A model generated the notes under the pieces. That model ran no database searches and was not told the origin of the DNA. It saw nothing but the letters and a program-made list of their open reading frames with translations. The position numbers and the translations under genes were made by a program. Below are positions 1 through 13,359 of a stretch of 64,000 bases of DNA, piece after piece. Within the stretch, counting starts at the first letter, position 1. Every line of letters starts with the position of its first letter. This stretch comes from Terriglobia bacterium (GTDB taxonomy: Bacteria; Acidobacteriota; Terriglobia; 20CM-2-55-15), in assembly GCA_963664115.2 (NCBI GenBank), contig CAXWPJ010000010.1, forward strand, positions 192,001 through 256,000. The letters run 5' to 3'.

Positions 1-2103
1 GGCCACGGGCTCTACACGGCCCAGACCCAGCTCATCGCAGAAGAACTTGGAGTTGCGTTCGACCGCGTGAGATTGATTCAGTGTGACACGGCACTCACGC
101 CGGACCAGGGCACGACTTCCGGTGCGCAGTCGCATCCGGCGAATTTCAATCATGCAAACCTGGCACTGGCAGCAGCCACGGCACGCGAAGCGCTCCTGGA
201 ACGCGCCGCAGGTGAACTCGGCGTATCCGTGGAGAGCCTGGAAATTGACGATGGTGTGATCCGTGTCGCTTCGGACCCACAGCGTCAGATTGGCTACGGT
301 GCATTGATCGGCGGGGAAGCGTTCGCCATGCCGCTCAATCCGGCCGCCCAGCGAAAGCAACCCAGTACGTGGACCATCCTGGGCCAGTCCGTGCCGCGTG
401 TGGAGATCCCCGACATCGCGACCGGACGGTTCGAGTATGTTCACAACGTGCGCGTGGAGGGAATGTTACACGGACGGGTCCTGCGGCCTCCCGTCGTCGG
501 AGCGACCCTGCTCAGCGTGGATGAAAGCTCAGTTCAAGGCATGCCGGGCGTGGTGCGAGTCGTCACCCGGAACAACTTCGTCGGCGTGGTCGCCGAGAAG
601 ACATGGCAGGCCATTCAGGCGGCCCAACGACTGCAGATCACCTGGTCCACCCCCGATACACCATTGCCGCCACATGCAGGCTTCCACAACTGGTTGCGGA
701 ACCAGACACCCACACGGGACACTTTGCTTGTCAACTCGCAGGATGTAGACGCCAGTCTTGCCGGCGCCGCAACTCGACTGGACGCAAGCTACCACTATCC
801 CTATCAAATGCATGCATCCATCGGCAGTGCGTGTGCGGTGGCCGATGTCCGGGGTGACAGCGCCACGGTATGGTCCGCCACGCAGGCGGTGCACCCCCTC
901 AAGAATACGGTCGGCTTGGTCCTCGGTCTCGACCCCGACAATATTCGTGTCATCTTCCGCATGGGTCCGGGTTGCTATGGCGTGAACGGTGCAGACACTG
1001 TGTCCTTCGACGCGGCTCTTCTGTCGCAGGCAGTCGGCCGACCGGTTCGAGTCCAACTCAGCCGGAAAGACGAGATGGCGTGGGAAAATTACGGCAACGC
1101 GTTCGTCATCGACCAGCGTGCTGGATTGGATGACGACGGCAACATCGTTGCCTGGGATCATGAATCGTGGTCGCCGAACCTTGGCAGCCGTCCCCGAATG
1201 GACCGGCCTGGAAACGTGGTCACGGGATTTCTGGCCGGATTCGAGCCCGCACCGTTTGCCGCACGGAGTCCCGCGCCCCCACCCACCAATTTCAACAATG
1301 GAAGCAACGGCGTGCCGTCCTATGTCACGGGTGCGGTGCGAGGTGTATCGGGTGGAACAGGAGTGGTTACCAGTCAGCGCGTTCTGACTCATACAGTCCC
1401 ATCGCCGTTTTTTACAGGCCCTCTGAGATCACCGGCCCGTCTACAGAACACCTTTGCGCACGAGTCGTTTTTGGACGAAATTGCAGCGTCCATCCAGGCC
1501 GACCCCGTCGAGTACCGGCTACGTCATCTCCGCGATCCGCGTTTGATCGAGGTCGTGGAGGCGGCGGCCCGAGCGGCCAACTGGGAAACGCGGCCGTCGC
1601 CGCAGAACGGCGACAGGGACGCTGTCGTCGTTTCTGGTCGGGGGATCTCCTGTGTTCTCTACGAGGGGGATAACGGCTATTGCGCCATGGTTGCTGAGGT
1701 CGCAGTGGACCAGGACACGGGCGTCGTTGAAGTTCGGAGACTCACGATCGCGAACGACTGCGGACCGATTTCGAATCCAAATGGTCTGAGGAACCAGCTC
1801 GAAGGTGGCGCGTTGCACGGCGTCAGTCGAACGCTGCTAGAAGAGGTTACGTGGGACGACGAAAAGATCACTTCCGTTGACTGGCAGACTTACCACCCCC
1901 TTTACGTGGGTGCCAGCGTTCCCGAGATCGAGACGGTATTGATCAATCGCACGGAAGGTGAGGCCATGGGGGCGGGTGAGACTGCTGTGACGGTCGTTGC
2001 CGGTGCAATCGGGAACGCGGTTTTTGACGCCACCGGTGCCCGTGTCCGCCAGGTTCCGTTCACACCTGAACGCGTGAAGGCCGCTCTCGAAGCACGTGAA
2101 TGA
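1..2103 (+). CDS. Xanthine dehydrogenase-family molybdopterin-binding subunit (5' end outside window)
   Basis: Frame is open from the window edge. MoCo-binding-type motifs TPDQGTTSG, RSPARLQNTFAHESFLDE, NQLEGG and GAGE...AIGNAVFDATGARVRQVPFTP. Confidence 0.85.
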   Translation, partial: GHGLYTAQTQLIAEELGVAFDRVRLIQCDTALTPDQGTTSGAQSHPANFNHANLALAAATAREALLERAAGELGVSVESLEIDDGVIRVASDPQRQIGYGALIGGEAFAMPLNPAAQRKQPSTWTILGQSVPRVEIPDIATGRFEYVHNVRVEGMLHGRVLRPPVVGATLLSVDESSVQGMPGVVRVVTRNNFVGVVAEKTWQAIQAAQRLQITWSTPDTPLPPHAGFHNWLRNQTPTRDTLLVNSQDVDASLAGAATRLDASYHYPYQMHASIGSACAVADVRGDSATVWSATQAVHPLKNTVGLVLGLDPDNIRVIFRMGPGCYGVNGADTVSFDAALLSQAVGRPVRVQLSRKDEMAWENYGNAFVIDQRAGLDDDGNIVAWDHESWSPNLGSRPRMDRPGNVVTGFLAGFEPAPFAARSPAPPPTNFNNGSNGVPSYVTGAVRGVSGGTGVVTSQRVLTHTVPSPFFTGPLRSPARLQNTFAHESFLDEIAASIQADPVEYRLRHLRDPRLIEVVEAAARAANWETRPSPQNGDRDAVVVSGRGISCVLYEGDNGYCAMVAEVAVDQDTGVVEVRRLTIANDCGPISNPNGLRNQLEGGALHGVSRTLLEEVTWDDEKITSVDWQTYHPLYVGASVPEIETVLINRTEGEAMGAGETAVTVVAGAIGNAVFDATGARVRQVPFTPERVKAALEARE

Positions 2104-2143
2104 GCGAATGCCGAATGACTTACACCAGAGGCGCCTGGCGTCG

Positions 2144-2196
2144 GAAGGAACGGGTTCCGGTGCTGTTGTTTACGGGTCAACAAGTCCTGACGAATC
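2144..2196 (-). repeat. Inverted dif-like half-site (A0) preceded by a kinase C-tail remnant
   Basis: gaaggaacgggttccggtgc (KERVPV) on the + strand, then agtcctgacga-atc at 2183-2196. The latter is the reverse complement of gat-tcgtcaggact, the same arm as site A6. Confidence 0.7.
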
Positions 2197-2224
2197 CTGT
2201 CAGCTCAACCGGTCGATGCAACAC
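2197..2224. mobile_element. Isolated IS30-family terminal inverted repeat
   Basis: tcaaccggtcgatgcaacac is identical to the end of the IS30-family element at about 27964-27983. No transposase follows. Confidence 0.65.
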
Positions 2225-2370
2225 CGTTGCCGATGAAGCGCACGCCACTCGGGTTCGGCTCAGCCTGCGTTAACGCGGGCGCGCAAAGCTCTCTGAAGGC
2301 CGTCATCCCCGATCCAAGCTTCGGGAATGCTCGACCCGACATCATGATTCGGCACCTTCTTTCGCTTGAT

Positions 2371-3540
2371 CTAACCTTCCGATGACCCTGCAGCCGCTTC
2401 TTTCCTCCGGCGATGATCCACGTAGATCACGTGCAAGGCCATCAGCGCCTGCAAGGGGTGCACACCGGCCTTGACCAGCGGCCTGCAATAATCGCTGACG
2501 GATCCGGCCTGCTTCACATCGATCAGCGCCTCTGCCGCTTTCTTTTCCTCAGAGCTCAGCCCCCACCGGGCAGCGACGCCGTCGAAGTCGTCGATCACAC
2601 GCGTACGCATCGCGGCCTCCGTGCGGACCTGGTAGAGGAGTTTGTTCAGTTTGTAAGCCGCGGCATCGGGATGGGCGTAGAACTCGAATCCCTTGTTCTT
2701 AAAATCATACGCGGACACTTTCTTGAGATTCGAAGGCGCCTTGTCTCTTTCGGGGATAAAGAGCACCATCGCATGACCATGGTGCCAGGTCGGTGTGTAC
2801 TGAAGCAATTCCCCGGGCTGAGGGCCTATGGCGCCGAACATCACGGCCCAGTTGAGCAATTCCGTGTTACCGACTTCGTCGAGCTGTTCGACGGTCATAT
2901 CGAGCAGAGCATCCGTATTGCCCTTTTCCAACTCGCCCAACAACCAATAATCAAAGTCGTACGCCGGTTCCGGATATCGCTCTGTTCCCGGAAAATGCGA
3001 CATCCCGCCACTGGCCAGTATCGCGACACGTTCCGGGCGCGACTCCATGATCTCGGCGACCCTCCGGCCCAGCGCTTCGCAACGGCGGGGACTGGGGAGC
3101 GGTGGCAGATATACGTTCGTATGAAATGGGACAACCGGAATTTCGCGGTCCGCCAGGATGAGGTGAAACGGTACGGCATAAGTATGCCCGAGCAGTGCAT
3201 CTTCGGAGTAGGTCATGTCGAAACCGGAGCGGACGAGTTGATCGAGCAGGTGTTCGGCAAGCTCCCTGTGAATCGGGCGTTCGAATTCGTGTCCTGCGTA
3301 TTCGGCGACCGCTGTACTCCCGGCAACAATTGCGAAAGTCGGCAGGCAGGTCATGGAGAACGTCTCCAGATGGTCACTCCCCATAAAGAGGAGAACATCG
3401 GGCTTCGTCTCATCCAGGATCGTTCCCAGTTCCCTCATGGCCGCGGCCGTCACGGCCAGATCACTATCCTGCTCTTCAGGGGAACCGGACAGAAGATAGG
3501 GAGCATGGCAGGTCGCCATTGCCGCTACGATCTTACCCAT
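2371..3540 (-). CDS. Extradiol ring-cleavage dioxygenase, LigB-like domain with a C-terminal LigA-like extension
   Basis: Motifs CHAP, SDH, GHTY and ASGGMSH. C-terminal YKLNKLLY...GVHPL segment. Adjacent to ligK. Confidence 0.75.
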   Translation of the reverse strand: MGKIVAAMATCHAPYLLSGSPEEQDSDLAVTAAAMRELGTILDETKPDVLLFMGSDHLETFSMTCLPTFAIVAGSTAVAEYAGHEFERPIHRELAEHLLDQLVRSGFDMTYSEDALLGHTYAVPFHLILADREIPVVPFHTNVYLPPLPSPRRCEALGRRVAEIMESRPERVAILASGGMSHFPGTERYPEPAYDFDYWLLGELEKGNTDALLDMTVEQLDEVGNTELLNWAVMFGAIGPQPGELLQYTPTWHHGHAMVLFIPERDKAPSNLKKVSAYDFKNKGFEFYAHPDAAAYKLNKLLYQVRTEAAMRTRVIDDFDGVAARWGLSSEEKKAAEALIDVKQAGSVSDYCRPLVKAGVHPLQALMALHVIYVDHRRRKEAAAGSSEG

Positions 3541-3601
3541 ATTTCTTCCTCACGCGCGCCCAAGCGTCACCAACAAGAAGGATAGCGTCTCAGTCCCGAG
3601 G

Positions 3602-4279
3602 CTACTCTTCGAACTCGACGCCCATTCCATGCAACTTCTCCCGCAATCCGTGAAAATCCAAACCCAACTCGCCGTTTCGCAGCCGCTCTCGGGTTGTTTT
3701 TTCTTTCACGATCCGTTCTTCGGATCTCCGGCAGGTTTCCTCAGCCGTTTCGCGTGGGACGACGACAACACCGTCATTGTCGGCGACAACGATGTCGCCG
3801 GGCCGCACGAAGGCTCCCGCGCAAATCACCTCTACGTTGACCGAACCTGGGGTGGCCTTCACAGTCCCCTGGGAATGAATGGCCCGCGACCACACGGGGA
3901 ATTTCATCGCTATCAGATCAGGCGTGTCCCTCACGCCTGCGTCGATGACCAGGCCCAGAACTCCGTGGGTTTGGCAGGAAACGCCTATCAGGTCACCGAA
4001 CATGCCGTCCGTAGAATCAGACACCAGGGCCACTACGAGGACGTCGCCGCGTTGGACGACGTCGAGCGCAGCGTGGATCATGATGTTGTCTCCCGGATGG
4101 GACAACACGGTCACGGCTGTTCCCGCGACCTTGGCTGTCGGATAGATCGGGCGCATGTAGGGCTTCATGAGCCCCGTCCGGTCCTGGGCTTCGTGGACCG
4201 TGGCGACACCATATTCACCGAGTTTTTGCGTGACCTCCGCACCCGCCCGTTCAATCCTGCGAATAACTCTAGGTTTCAT
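3602..4279 (-). CDS. ligK: 4-carboxy-4-hydroxy-2-oxoadipate aldolase (RraA family)
   Basis: GVATVHEAQ, PGDNIMIHAA, GMFGDL, DAGVRD, QGTVKATPGSVN and PGDIVVADNDGVVVVPR. Confidence 0.85.
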   Translation of the reverse strand: MKPRVIRRIERAGAEVTQKLGEYGVATVHEAQDRTGLMKPYMRPIYPTAKVAGTAVTVLSHPGDNIMIHAALDVVQRGDVLVVALVSDSTDGMFGDLIGVSCQTHGVLGLVIDAGVRDTPDLIAMKFPVWSRAIHSQGTVKATPGSVNVEVICAGAFVRPGDIVVADNDGVVVVPRETAEETCRRSEERIVKEKTTRERLRNGELGLDFHGLREKLHGMGVEFEE

Positions 4280-4435
4280 TCTGCCTGCATCTCCACCAAT
4301 GGGGGTGTGTCTTCCTTGGTCCCCTGCAAAATGTGTGGGTCTGAAAAGCTAATCTCCAGACACGTGCTCCAATCATATCGTGAGTCCAAGGGTCACGACG
4401 CAAGAGTATTCTGCAAGATAAAGTCTCCCCGAACG

Positions 4436-4466
4436 AAAAACGCGGCGGTCCAAAAGACCGCCGCGT
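4436..4466 (-). terminator. Intrinsic terminator after groEL
   Basis: Hairpin acgcggcggtc-caaaa-gaccgccgcgt followed by a T-tract on the minus strand. Confidence 0.75.
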
Positions 4467-4493
4467 CCTATATCGATTCTACCAGGACCCAGG

Positions 4494-6149
<1,656 letters not shown>

Positions 6150-6189
6150 TTAGCGGTAGATGATTCCTATTTAAGATAGGCAACCCTGA

Positions 6190-6216
6190 TTAGCACTCCA
6201 ATATGACGAGTGCTAA
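6190..6216. promoter_or_regulatory. CIRCE element (HrcA operator)
   Basis: Exact TTAGCACTC-N9-GAGTGCTAA about 60 bp upstream of the groEL start. Confidence 0.95.
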
Positions 6217-6473
6217 TGTTACCGGAATTGCCCTTTTGGGTTCAAGGGCTTGGACTGCCCGAGCCCGTGCGATCCCCATTGGGAGGTCCGACTCCCACGC
6301 TCTCACCCCCTGGGGCCGGTTCAACTCCCCGGACATTCATTGACGCCGATGCCCGCTTTCTATAACATTTCCTCCCTTGCTTTATTCCCTTGGATGGAAG
6401 GAGCTCCCCCGGGCGTCGCAGTCTGTAGCGCTCCCAGTTGGACAATGTAGTGTAAGGAGAAGGAGAACTGAGA

Positions 6474-7136
6474 ATGAATAAGATTTCGGTTGTTATAGCC
6501 CTGGTGGTGCTTACAGCACTCGCCACTACTCCCGCGATGGCCCAGGACATGAGTTTCTTCGTCACAAGCGTCGGAGGACCCGATGGAGGAGACTTCGGTG
6601 GCTTGCGCGGCGCAGACGAACATTGCCAGCAACTGGCTTCCAATGAAGGCGGCGGCGACAAGACCTGGCGCGCATATCTGAGCCTGACCCATCCCGCACT
6701 GACGATCAACGCCCGCGACCGCATCGGCTCGGGCCCGTGGTACAACTCCGAAGGCGTCATGATCGCCCGCGACGTTGAGGACCTGCACTCCGACAATGCC
6801 AATATTAATGCCACAACGGCACTCACCGAGGAGGGCGACATGGTCAACGGGCCCGGCCAGCCAAACCGTCACGATATCCTGACGGGCTCAAGGCCCGACG
6901 GAACTGCGTGGCCGTATGCACTGATGGACCTGCTGAACTTCGACGGGCACGCGCTGACATGCAACAACTGGACCAGCAATGATCCGGAACACAGCGCGAT
7001 GATCGGCCATGTGGACCGGGGCGGCAACGTCGGCTATTCGCCGTGGAACGCAGCCCACCCCACCGTCGGATGCAACGCGGAAGGCTTCGTGGGCACGGGC
7101 GGCGCCGGCCTGCTGTATTGTTTTGCGGCTGACTAA
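6474..7136 (+). CDS. Secreted lectin/endostatin(NC10)-like fold protein
   Basis: Signal peptide. Motifs GGLRGADEHCQ, TWRAYLS, ARDRIG, TCNNWTS and LLYCFA. RBS aaggaga. Confidence 0.7.
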   Translation: MNKISVVIALVVLTALATTPAMAQDMSFFVTSVGGPDGGDFGGLRGADEHCQQLASNEGGGDKTWRAYLSLTHPALTINARDRIGSGPWYNSEGVMIARDVEDLHSDNANINATTALTEEGDMVNGPGQPNRHDILTGSRPDGTAWPYALMDLLNFDGHALTCNNWTSNDPEHSAMIGHVDRGGNVGYSPWNAAHPTVGCNAEGFVGTGGAGLLYCFAAD

Positions 7137-7170
7137 GAACACTCGGTAAAAAAACGATCGCAATCAAGGA

Positions 7171-7222
7171 AAGCCTCCCGAATCGACCTGAATATCCCGG
7201 TTCGGGAGGCTTCTTGTTGTTT
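7171..7222 (+). terminator. Probable intrinsic terminator
   Basis: Stem aagcctcccgaa...ttcgggaggctt followed by a T-rich tail. Confidence 0.6.
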
Positions 7223-7409
7223 TGCAAGCAGCTTTCGCGGGCTTCGAAGCCGGCCCACATCCTACCTTTATTGATTCAATAGCTTACGGGTCATACCCCC
7301 CCCCGCGCGTGAATTCTTCACAAACACCTCAGGTCATTGGTTTTAAGGCGTTCTGGTTTGGGCTCAATACCGCTAATTCGGTGTGTTTGGTTTGCAGTCT
7401 ACGTTCTCA

Positions 7410-7437
7410 AGGTCCGAGAAGATGATTTCTCAGGACT
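7410..7437 (+). repeat. dif-like site A1
   Basis: aggtccgagaa-gatgat-ttctcaggact, followed by a short kinase-tail remnant (aatcaaggcacc). Confidence 0.85.
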
Positions 7438-7483
7438 TGAGGCTCGAATCAAGGCACCGTCGTACCAACACAGAGAAAACACA

Positions 7484-7622
7484 TTATTCTGACAAGGACA
7501 CTACGCCAAGGACTTCATCAACTGTCGTCAACCCTTCGAGAAGCAGATTCTGGGCGTATTTCTGGAGGGTTAGCATGCCGTCGTTGACCGCACACTCTCG
7601 AATAAGGTCTGGCTTCGCACCC
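7484..7622 (-). pseudogene. C-terminal fragment of a GspE/PilB-type ATPase, truncated by an IS3-family element
   Basis: IRECAVNDGMLTLQKYAQNLLLEGLTTVDEVLGV resembles the GspE/PilB C-terminus. The fragment abuts the IS end. Confidence 0.6.
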
Positions 7623-8935
<1,313 letters not shown>

Positions 8936-8938
8936 TAC

Positions 8939-9559
8939 TTGTCTCAAACGTCGGCTCCCCAATTTGAAAGGCTGGACCCTGCTCTGTACTGGTTTCACCG
9001 GCAGATTGTTCAGCAGGGCAGGCGCAAAGTGAAATCTATCGAAGACGGTGCGATTCTGCCGTCAGGTACCGTATTCCACAACGTCTCACTGTCGTTCGCG
9101 GGCATTCCAAACGCCCAACGGCGAGTTCTCAGGTCAAGATGGGTAGAGCAGATGCTGGAATCCACAGCGAGAGCCGAAATCGTGTTTGTCGATCCGGATA
9201 GGGGTATCGAGGGTGCCGGAGCTCGACGTTATGGGAGAGATGGGCCGAAGTATGTGTATCTCGACGATCTTTCTAGATTCTGGAGGCGGGAACAGAGTCT
9301 GATTATCGATCAACACTTAATTCTGGGCGAAGAAGGACACACAGAAATAGCGCATCGATCGGCGGAACTGGCAGAAGCTCTTGGTGTCCATCGAGTCTGG
9401 TCATTGCGCTTTCGCCGAGGGAGAGGCCGTGTGTTCATTCTGGTTCCCCAAAGACGAAATGAGGTCTGGATGGTTCAGCGCCTAGTAGCATTCGCCAGAC
9501 TGTGGTTGGGCCACTTTGAACTGATCGATTCGAGTCACGGATGGACGGATGATGAGTAG
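8939..9559 (+). CDS. Hypothetical protein, probably 5'-truncated by the IS
   Basis: ORF starts at the IS end. Contains VFVDPDRG. Confidence 0.45.
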   Translation: MSQTSAPQFERLDPALYWFHRQIVQQGRRKVKSIEDGAILPSGTVFHNVSLSFAGIPNAQRRVLRSRWVEQMLESTARAEIVFVDPDRGIEGAGARRYGRDGPKYVYLDDLSRFWRREQSLIIDQHLILGEEGHTEIAHRSAELAEALGVHRVWSLRFRRGRGRVFILVPQRRNEVWMVQRLVAFARLWLGHFELIDSSHGWTDDE

Positions 9560-9818
9560 CGTGACCACCACTAGCGGACGATATTGGGATGTGACGCAGT
9601 TGTCCGAGGACCTCGGTGTCCCGAAGACATGGATCTACGACCGCACGCGTAACGATGGTCCCGGAGTAATCCCGCACCTAAAATTCGGCAAATACGTCCG
9701 CTTCGATCCAGAGTCCGACGCGTTCCAGCAGTGGCTCAAGGACCATGAATTTGGTGTAGGCAGTGGTTTGAATGACCAACCGGCGTTGCAAGCGATTGAT
9801 ATCAGAAGGCGAAAATGA
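9549..9818 (+). CDS. Excisionase-like HTH_17 DNA-binding protein
   Basis: WDVTQLSEDLGVPKTWIY...IPHLKFGKYVRF. Lies upstream of the integrase. Confidence 0.75.
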   Translation: MMSSVTTTSGRYWDVTQLSEDLGVPKTWIYDRTRNDGPGVIPHLKFGKYVRFDPESDAFQQWLKDHEFGVGSGLNDQPALQAIDIRRRK

Positions 9819-9890
9819 CGCCTGCCACATATCTGCCACAGAATGCATTGACACCTTAATAAAACGTATATACAGTATCGTCCAGTCGCT

Positions 9891-10106
9891 ATGCCAAAAA
9901 ACCCGTACAAACCCAAACATCAGGTGAAAGCTCGGATGATTCCCATTCGTGTATCTCAGGAAGATTCTGAGTGGCTGGAAGAGGCATCCAAGAAGTTTGG
10001 AGTGCCGATCAGCCATCTGATGCGGGAAGGTGCGCGGTCATACGTCAAGCGGCTGGAGCGGAAAGGCGAGCCAACAAGAAAGGAGAGTAAATATGGCTCG
10101 TCGTAA
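9891..10106 (+). CDS. Small ribbon-helix-helix-like protein
   Basis: IPIRVSQEDSEWLEEASKKFGVPISHLMRE pattern. Overlaps the integrase start. Confidence 0.55.
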   Translation: MPKNPYKPKHQVKARMIPIRVSQEDSEWLEEASKKFGVPISHLMREGARSYVKRLERKGEPTRKESKYGSS

Positions 10107-11283
10107 ATCGTATCAGAAGGGTTCGGTCAGACGGATTGAGTATCAGTACGGCAAGGTATTCGTCGGCAGGTATAGAGAGCGGCTCCCCGGAGGGGGTTGG
10201 CGAGAGAAAAGCATCACGCTCAGAGACTGCAAGACGAAGAAGGCCGCGCAGCGGAAACTCGACGATATTCTGGACGAACTGAATAAATCAAACGGTGTCG
10301 TTATCGGTGGTGATGTGCTGTTCGCACACGTTCTGGATCGGCTTTGGCCGAACTATCTGGACACGAACAGCATCAAGCTTTCGACACGGCACTCCTATGA
10401 CGTGATGGTTAGCAAGTGGATTGGACCGTATTTTAGGGAAGTGTTGTTGGAAGACGTAACTCCGACCAAGGCTGGTGACTTTATGGCCATGCTCAACGCC
10501 GAGGATTTGTCGCCGCAGTACCGGTTGAACATCTATAGCTTGCTGCGTGTATTGTTCGACCTTGCTGTTGAGTACGACCTTATCGAAGTCAGCCCAATCC
10601 GTCCTAAGGTGCATCGTCCTCAGGTGGTATGGACCGAGAAGCCCTTGTTCTCGGTTGAAGAGGCCACTGCCGTCATCAACGCAGTGCCTTCCGGTTTCCA
10701 TGCCGCTATCGCTACGTTGGCTGTGACAGGGCTACGTGCGGGTGAGCTGGTCGCGCTTAGGTGGGAAGATATCGACTTTCTAGACCAGACGATCAACGTG
10801 AAAGCGTCTGTCTGGAGAGGTCAGATTCAAACCACTAAGACCAGATCAAGCAATGCGGTTCTGTCCATCCCGAGTCAGTTGGTAGGGATTCTTCAAGAGC
10901 ACAAAAGCAGTTCTCGTTTCATCGATTCAGATGACTTCGTGTTCTGCGAAGATGACGGTCGGCCACTCAACCCAGACAAACTGCGAAAGCGTGCAATCTA
11001 TCCAGCGTTAACGAAGCTGGGGATACCTCGCCATTCGCGTGCGTCGGGTTGTCATGCGTTTCGACACCTAGCTGGATCGGTGGCACACCGGGAAACTGGT
11101 TCTGTGAAACTTGCTCAGCAGTTGTTGCGACACTCAAGTGTTGCGACTACGAGCAACATTTACGTTCATACCGACCAAAAGGACATGGAAGGTGTGGCGG
11201 ACTTGCTAGGAAAGGTGTTGCTTGAAAAACCTGTGGCAGGAACGGTGGCAGAAACAGTGCCCGGAAGCGAAACCATCCAATGA
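10093..11283 (+). CDS. Phage-type tyrosine recombinase/integrase
   Basis: TGLRAGELVALRWEDID, TTKT, HAFRH and LLRHSSVATTSNIYVH. RBS aggag. Confidence 0.92.
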   Translation: MARRKSYQKGSVRRIEYQYGKVFVGRYRERLPGGGWREKSITLRDCKTKKAAQRKLDDILDELNKSNGVVIGGDVLFAHVLDRLWPNYLDTNSIKLSTRHSYDVMVSKWIGPYFREVLLEDVTPTKAGDFMAMLNAEDLSPQYRLNIYSLLRVLFDLAVEYDLIEVSPIRPKVHRPQVVWTEKPLFSVEEATAVINAVPSGFHAAIATLAVTGLRAGELVALRWEDIDFLDQTINVKASVWRGQIQTTKTRSSNAVLSIPSQLVGILQEHKSSSRFIDSDDFVFCEDDGRPLNPDKLRKRAIYPALTKLGIPRHSRASGCHAFRHLAGSVAHRETGSVKLAQQLLRHSSVATTSNIYVHTDQKDMEGVADLLGKVLLEKPVAGTVAETVPGSETIQ

Positions 11284-11347
11284 GTGAGGTCTTGGGCAGT
11301 TAGTAAGTAGAACAAACAAACCGTCTTACCGTGCTAACATTCCCAAC

Positions 11348-11434
11348 GGAGGAATGGCCGAGTGGTTTAAGGCGGTGGTCTTGAAAACCATTGTGCTGGA
11401 AACGGCACCGGGGGTTCGAATCCCTCTTCCTCCG
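11348..11434 (+). tRNA. tRNA-Ser (anticodon TGA)
   Basis: ggaggaatggccgagtggtttaaggc...cTTGAaa, long variable arm, ggttcgaatcc...ttcctccg. CCA is not encoded. Confidence 0.95.
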
Positions 11435-11682
11435 TTTTTCTTCTGTGTAACTCATACATGATAGGGCCAGGATGCTGAGAGGCAGCCTTCTGCCCCACAA
11501 TTTGCCCCACATTATGGGTGCTAGTAGTCGCAGATCGTGGAGCCTTCAGACTAGGACTGTGGTGTCCACCGAACCCTTTTCTTGCAGGTCCGACGCAAGG
11601 CGTTGCCGCCCTTTGTGTTACGTTTCAGTCCGAGAAGGAGTAGATAGGCGAGGGAGAAACTGAAAACGTCAGGCGGTTCTCG

Positions 11683-13334
11683 CTAGAGACCCTTTGACGC
11701 AGTACCGGACTCTATCTGTTTTAAGGCCACCGAGATTCTGTCTGCTACGTCGTTCAAGCCTGCTCTTTCGGCGAGCAATTTCGCCCGTAAGAGTGTCTCG
11801 GCATTCAACTCATCAAAATTTCTCGTTCTACTTCCAGAATAAATCGTTGCGGGTTTTCCTATCAATACCGGATCAAGGTCAAATTGATCGCCTGTCAGAT
11901 CAACGTCAAGAGTCATATCTGCATATTCGATCCGATTGAACCAGTGACTGCCTTCCTTAGTCCTAACGCTAACGAGTTCACCTCCTAGTGGTCCCCGTCA
12001 AACAGACTGTACCTTATTGAGGCTCTTGCGAGCGCGTTGGACTTTTTCAAGGATGTCGGAAGCCTTAGCGGTCCAGATGAACGGCTTTGGATTCTGGTTA
12101 TGGCCGGCGACGTAGTTTTCCACGGCCCTTATTAACTCCGGAACAGAGCAGAAAACCCCACGCCGAAGCCGTTGTTCAGAAAGATCCCGGAAGAAGCGTT
12201 CAACCATGTTGAGCCAGGATGCGCTGGTTGGCGTGAAGTGCACATGAAATCGTGAGTTGCGCTTGAGCCAGTTGACGGCTTTCTGGTGTTTGTGCGTCGC
12301 ATAGTTGTCGCAGATGATATGGATCTGCTTGTCTTTGGGCACGGAGCGTTTGATTGTATTGAGAAACCGAATCCACTCCTGATGCCGATGCTTGGGCATG
12401 CAGGTCCCAATCACTGAACCGTCCAGGGTATTGAGCGCGGCGAACAACGTGGTCGTTCCATTGCGCTTGTAATCGTGGGTCATGGTGCCACCGCGCCCCT
12501 TCTTCAAAGGTAACCCGGGTTCGTACGATCCAGGGCCTGCATCTGGCTCTTCTCATCGCAGGATAAGACGATGGCGGTTTCCGGCGGACTCAGATACAGA
12601 CCGACCACATCCTCCAGCTTCTCGGCAAATTGTTTGTCGTTGGACAGTTTGAATGTGCGTGACAGATGTGGCTTCAGTCCATGGGCCCGCCAAATCCTTC
12701 CGACTGTCGCATCGCTGACTCCGGTCGCCGCCGCCATCAAAGACCGGCTCCAATGCGTCGCGTTGGGGGGCTTCTCTTCAATCGTCTTCTTCACGATCCG
12801 GGCCCGCTTCCGGGCGCTGATCGAGGGAATTCGTCCACTTCGGTGCGCGTCCTTTTCGATCCCTGCCAGTCCATGTCGCACAAAACGATCGCGCCATCGC
12901 CCGGCCTTCTGGCGCGTAATCTTCAGCCGGGCTGCGATATCCTGATTATTCAGCCCTTCGTCGGCCAGTAAGATAATTCGGGATCGTTCTGCCAACCGTA
13001 CCGTCGTACTCCGGCTTCGACTCAGTCGTTTCAATTCCTTGCGACTGTTCGTTATCCAATTCAATCGTTGCTGCTTTTCTCATACCAAGTTCATTTGACG
13101 TTGGAAAAGCAATTACGTTACATTAATTTCGACGGGCTACACTAGCAACTCATACACAATCGTAGCCACCGCTGCGCATTGTCCAGCACCTGGAGCCTTT
13201 GAACTGTATCCCTGTGCCGCAGTATCGGATCCGAAACCCTTTTCAAGTTGTTGGCGAAGTTGCAGTAGTTTCGGGCTAATCGAAGATGGCAGTTGCTCGT
13301 TTTTTGATTTGACCGAGAGCATTTGGACCCCCAA
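11683..13334 (-). pseudogene. YunG-like protein interrupted by IS630
   Basis: The N part (13334-13142, GQCAAVATIVYELL) rejoins LGGELVSVRTKEGSHWFNRIEY...DLTGDQF (11988-11683) across a duplicated CTAG. Confidence 0.65.
11985..13145 (-). mobile_element. IS630-family element, frameshifted transposase
   Basis: Split ORFs 12504-13064 and 11998-12507 ([27 protein letters not shown]). Ends ctagtggtccccgt / acgggctacactag. Confidence 0.9.
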
Positions 13335-13359
13335 CTAAATTATTAGCCACGAAGAGACA

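Noticed and set aside
6245-6340. tRNA-like sequence (ggttcaactcccc) upstream of groEL
   Set aside because: I could not build a cloverleaf with an acceptor stem and anticodon arm.
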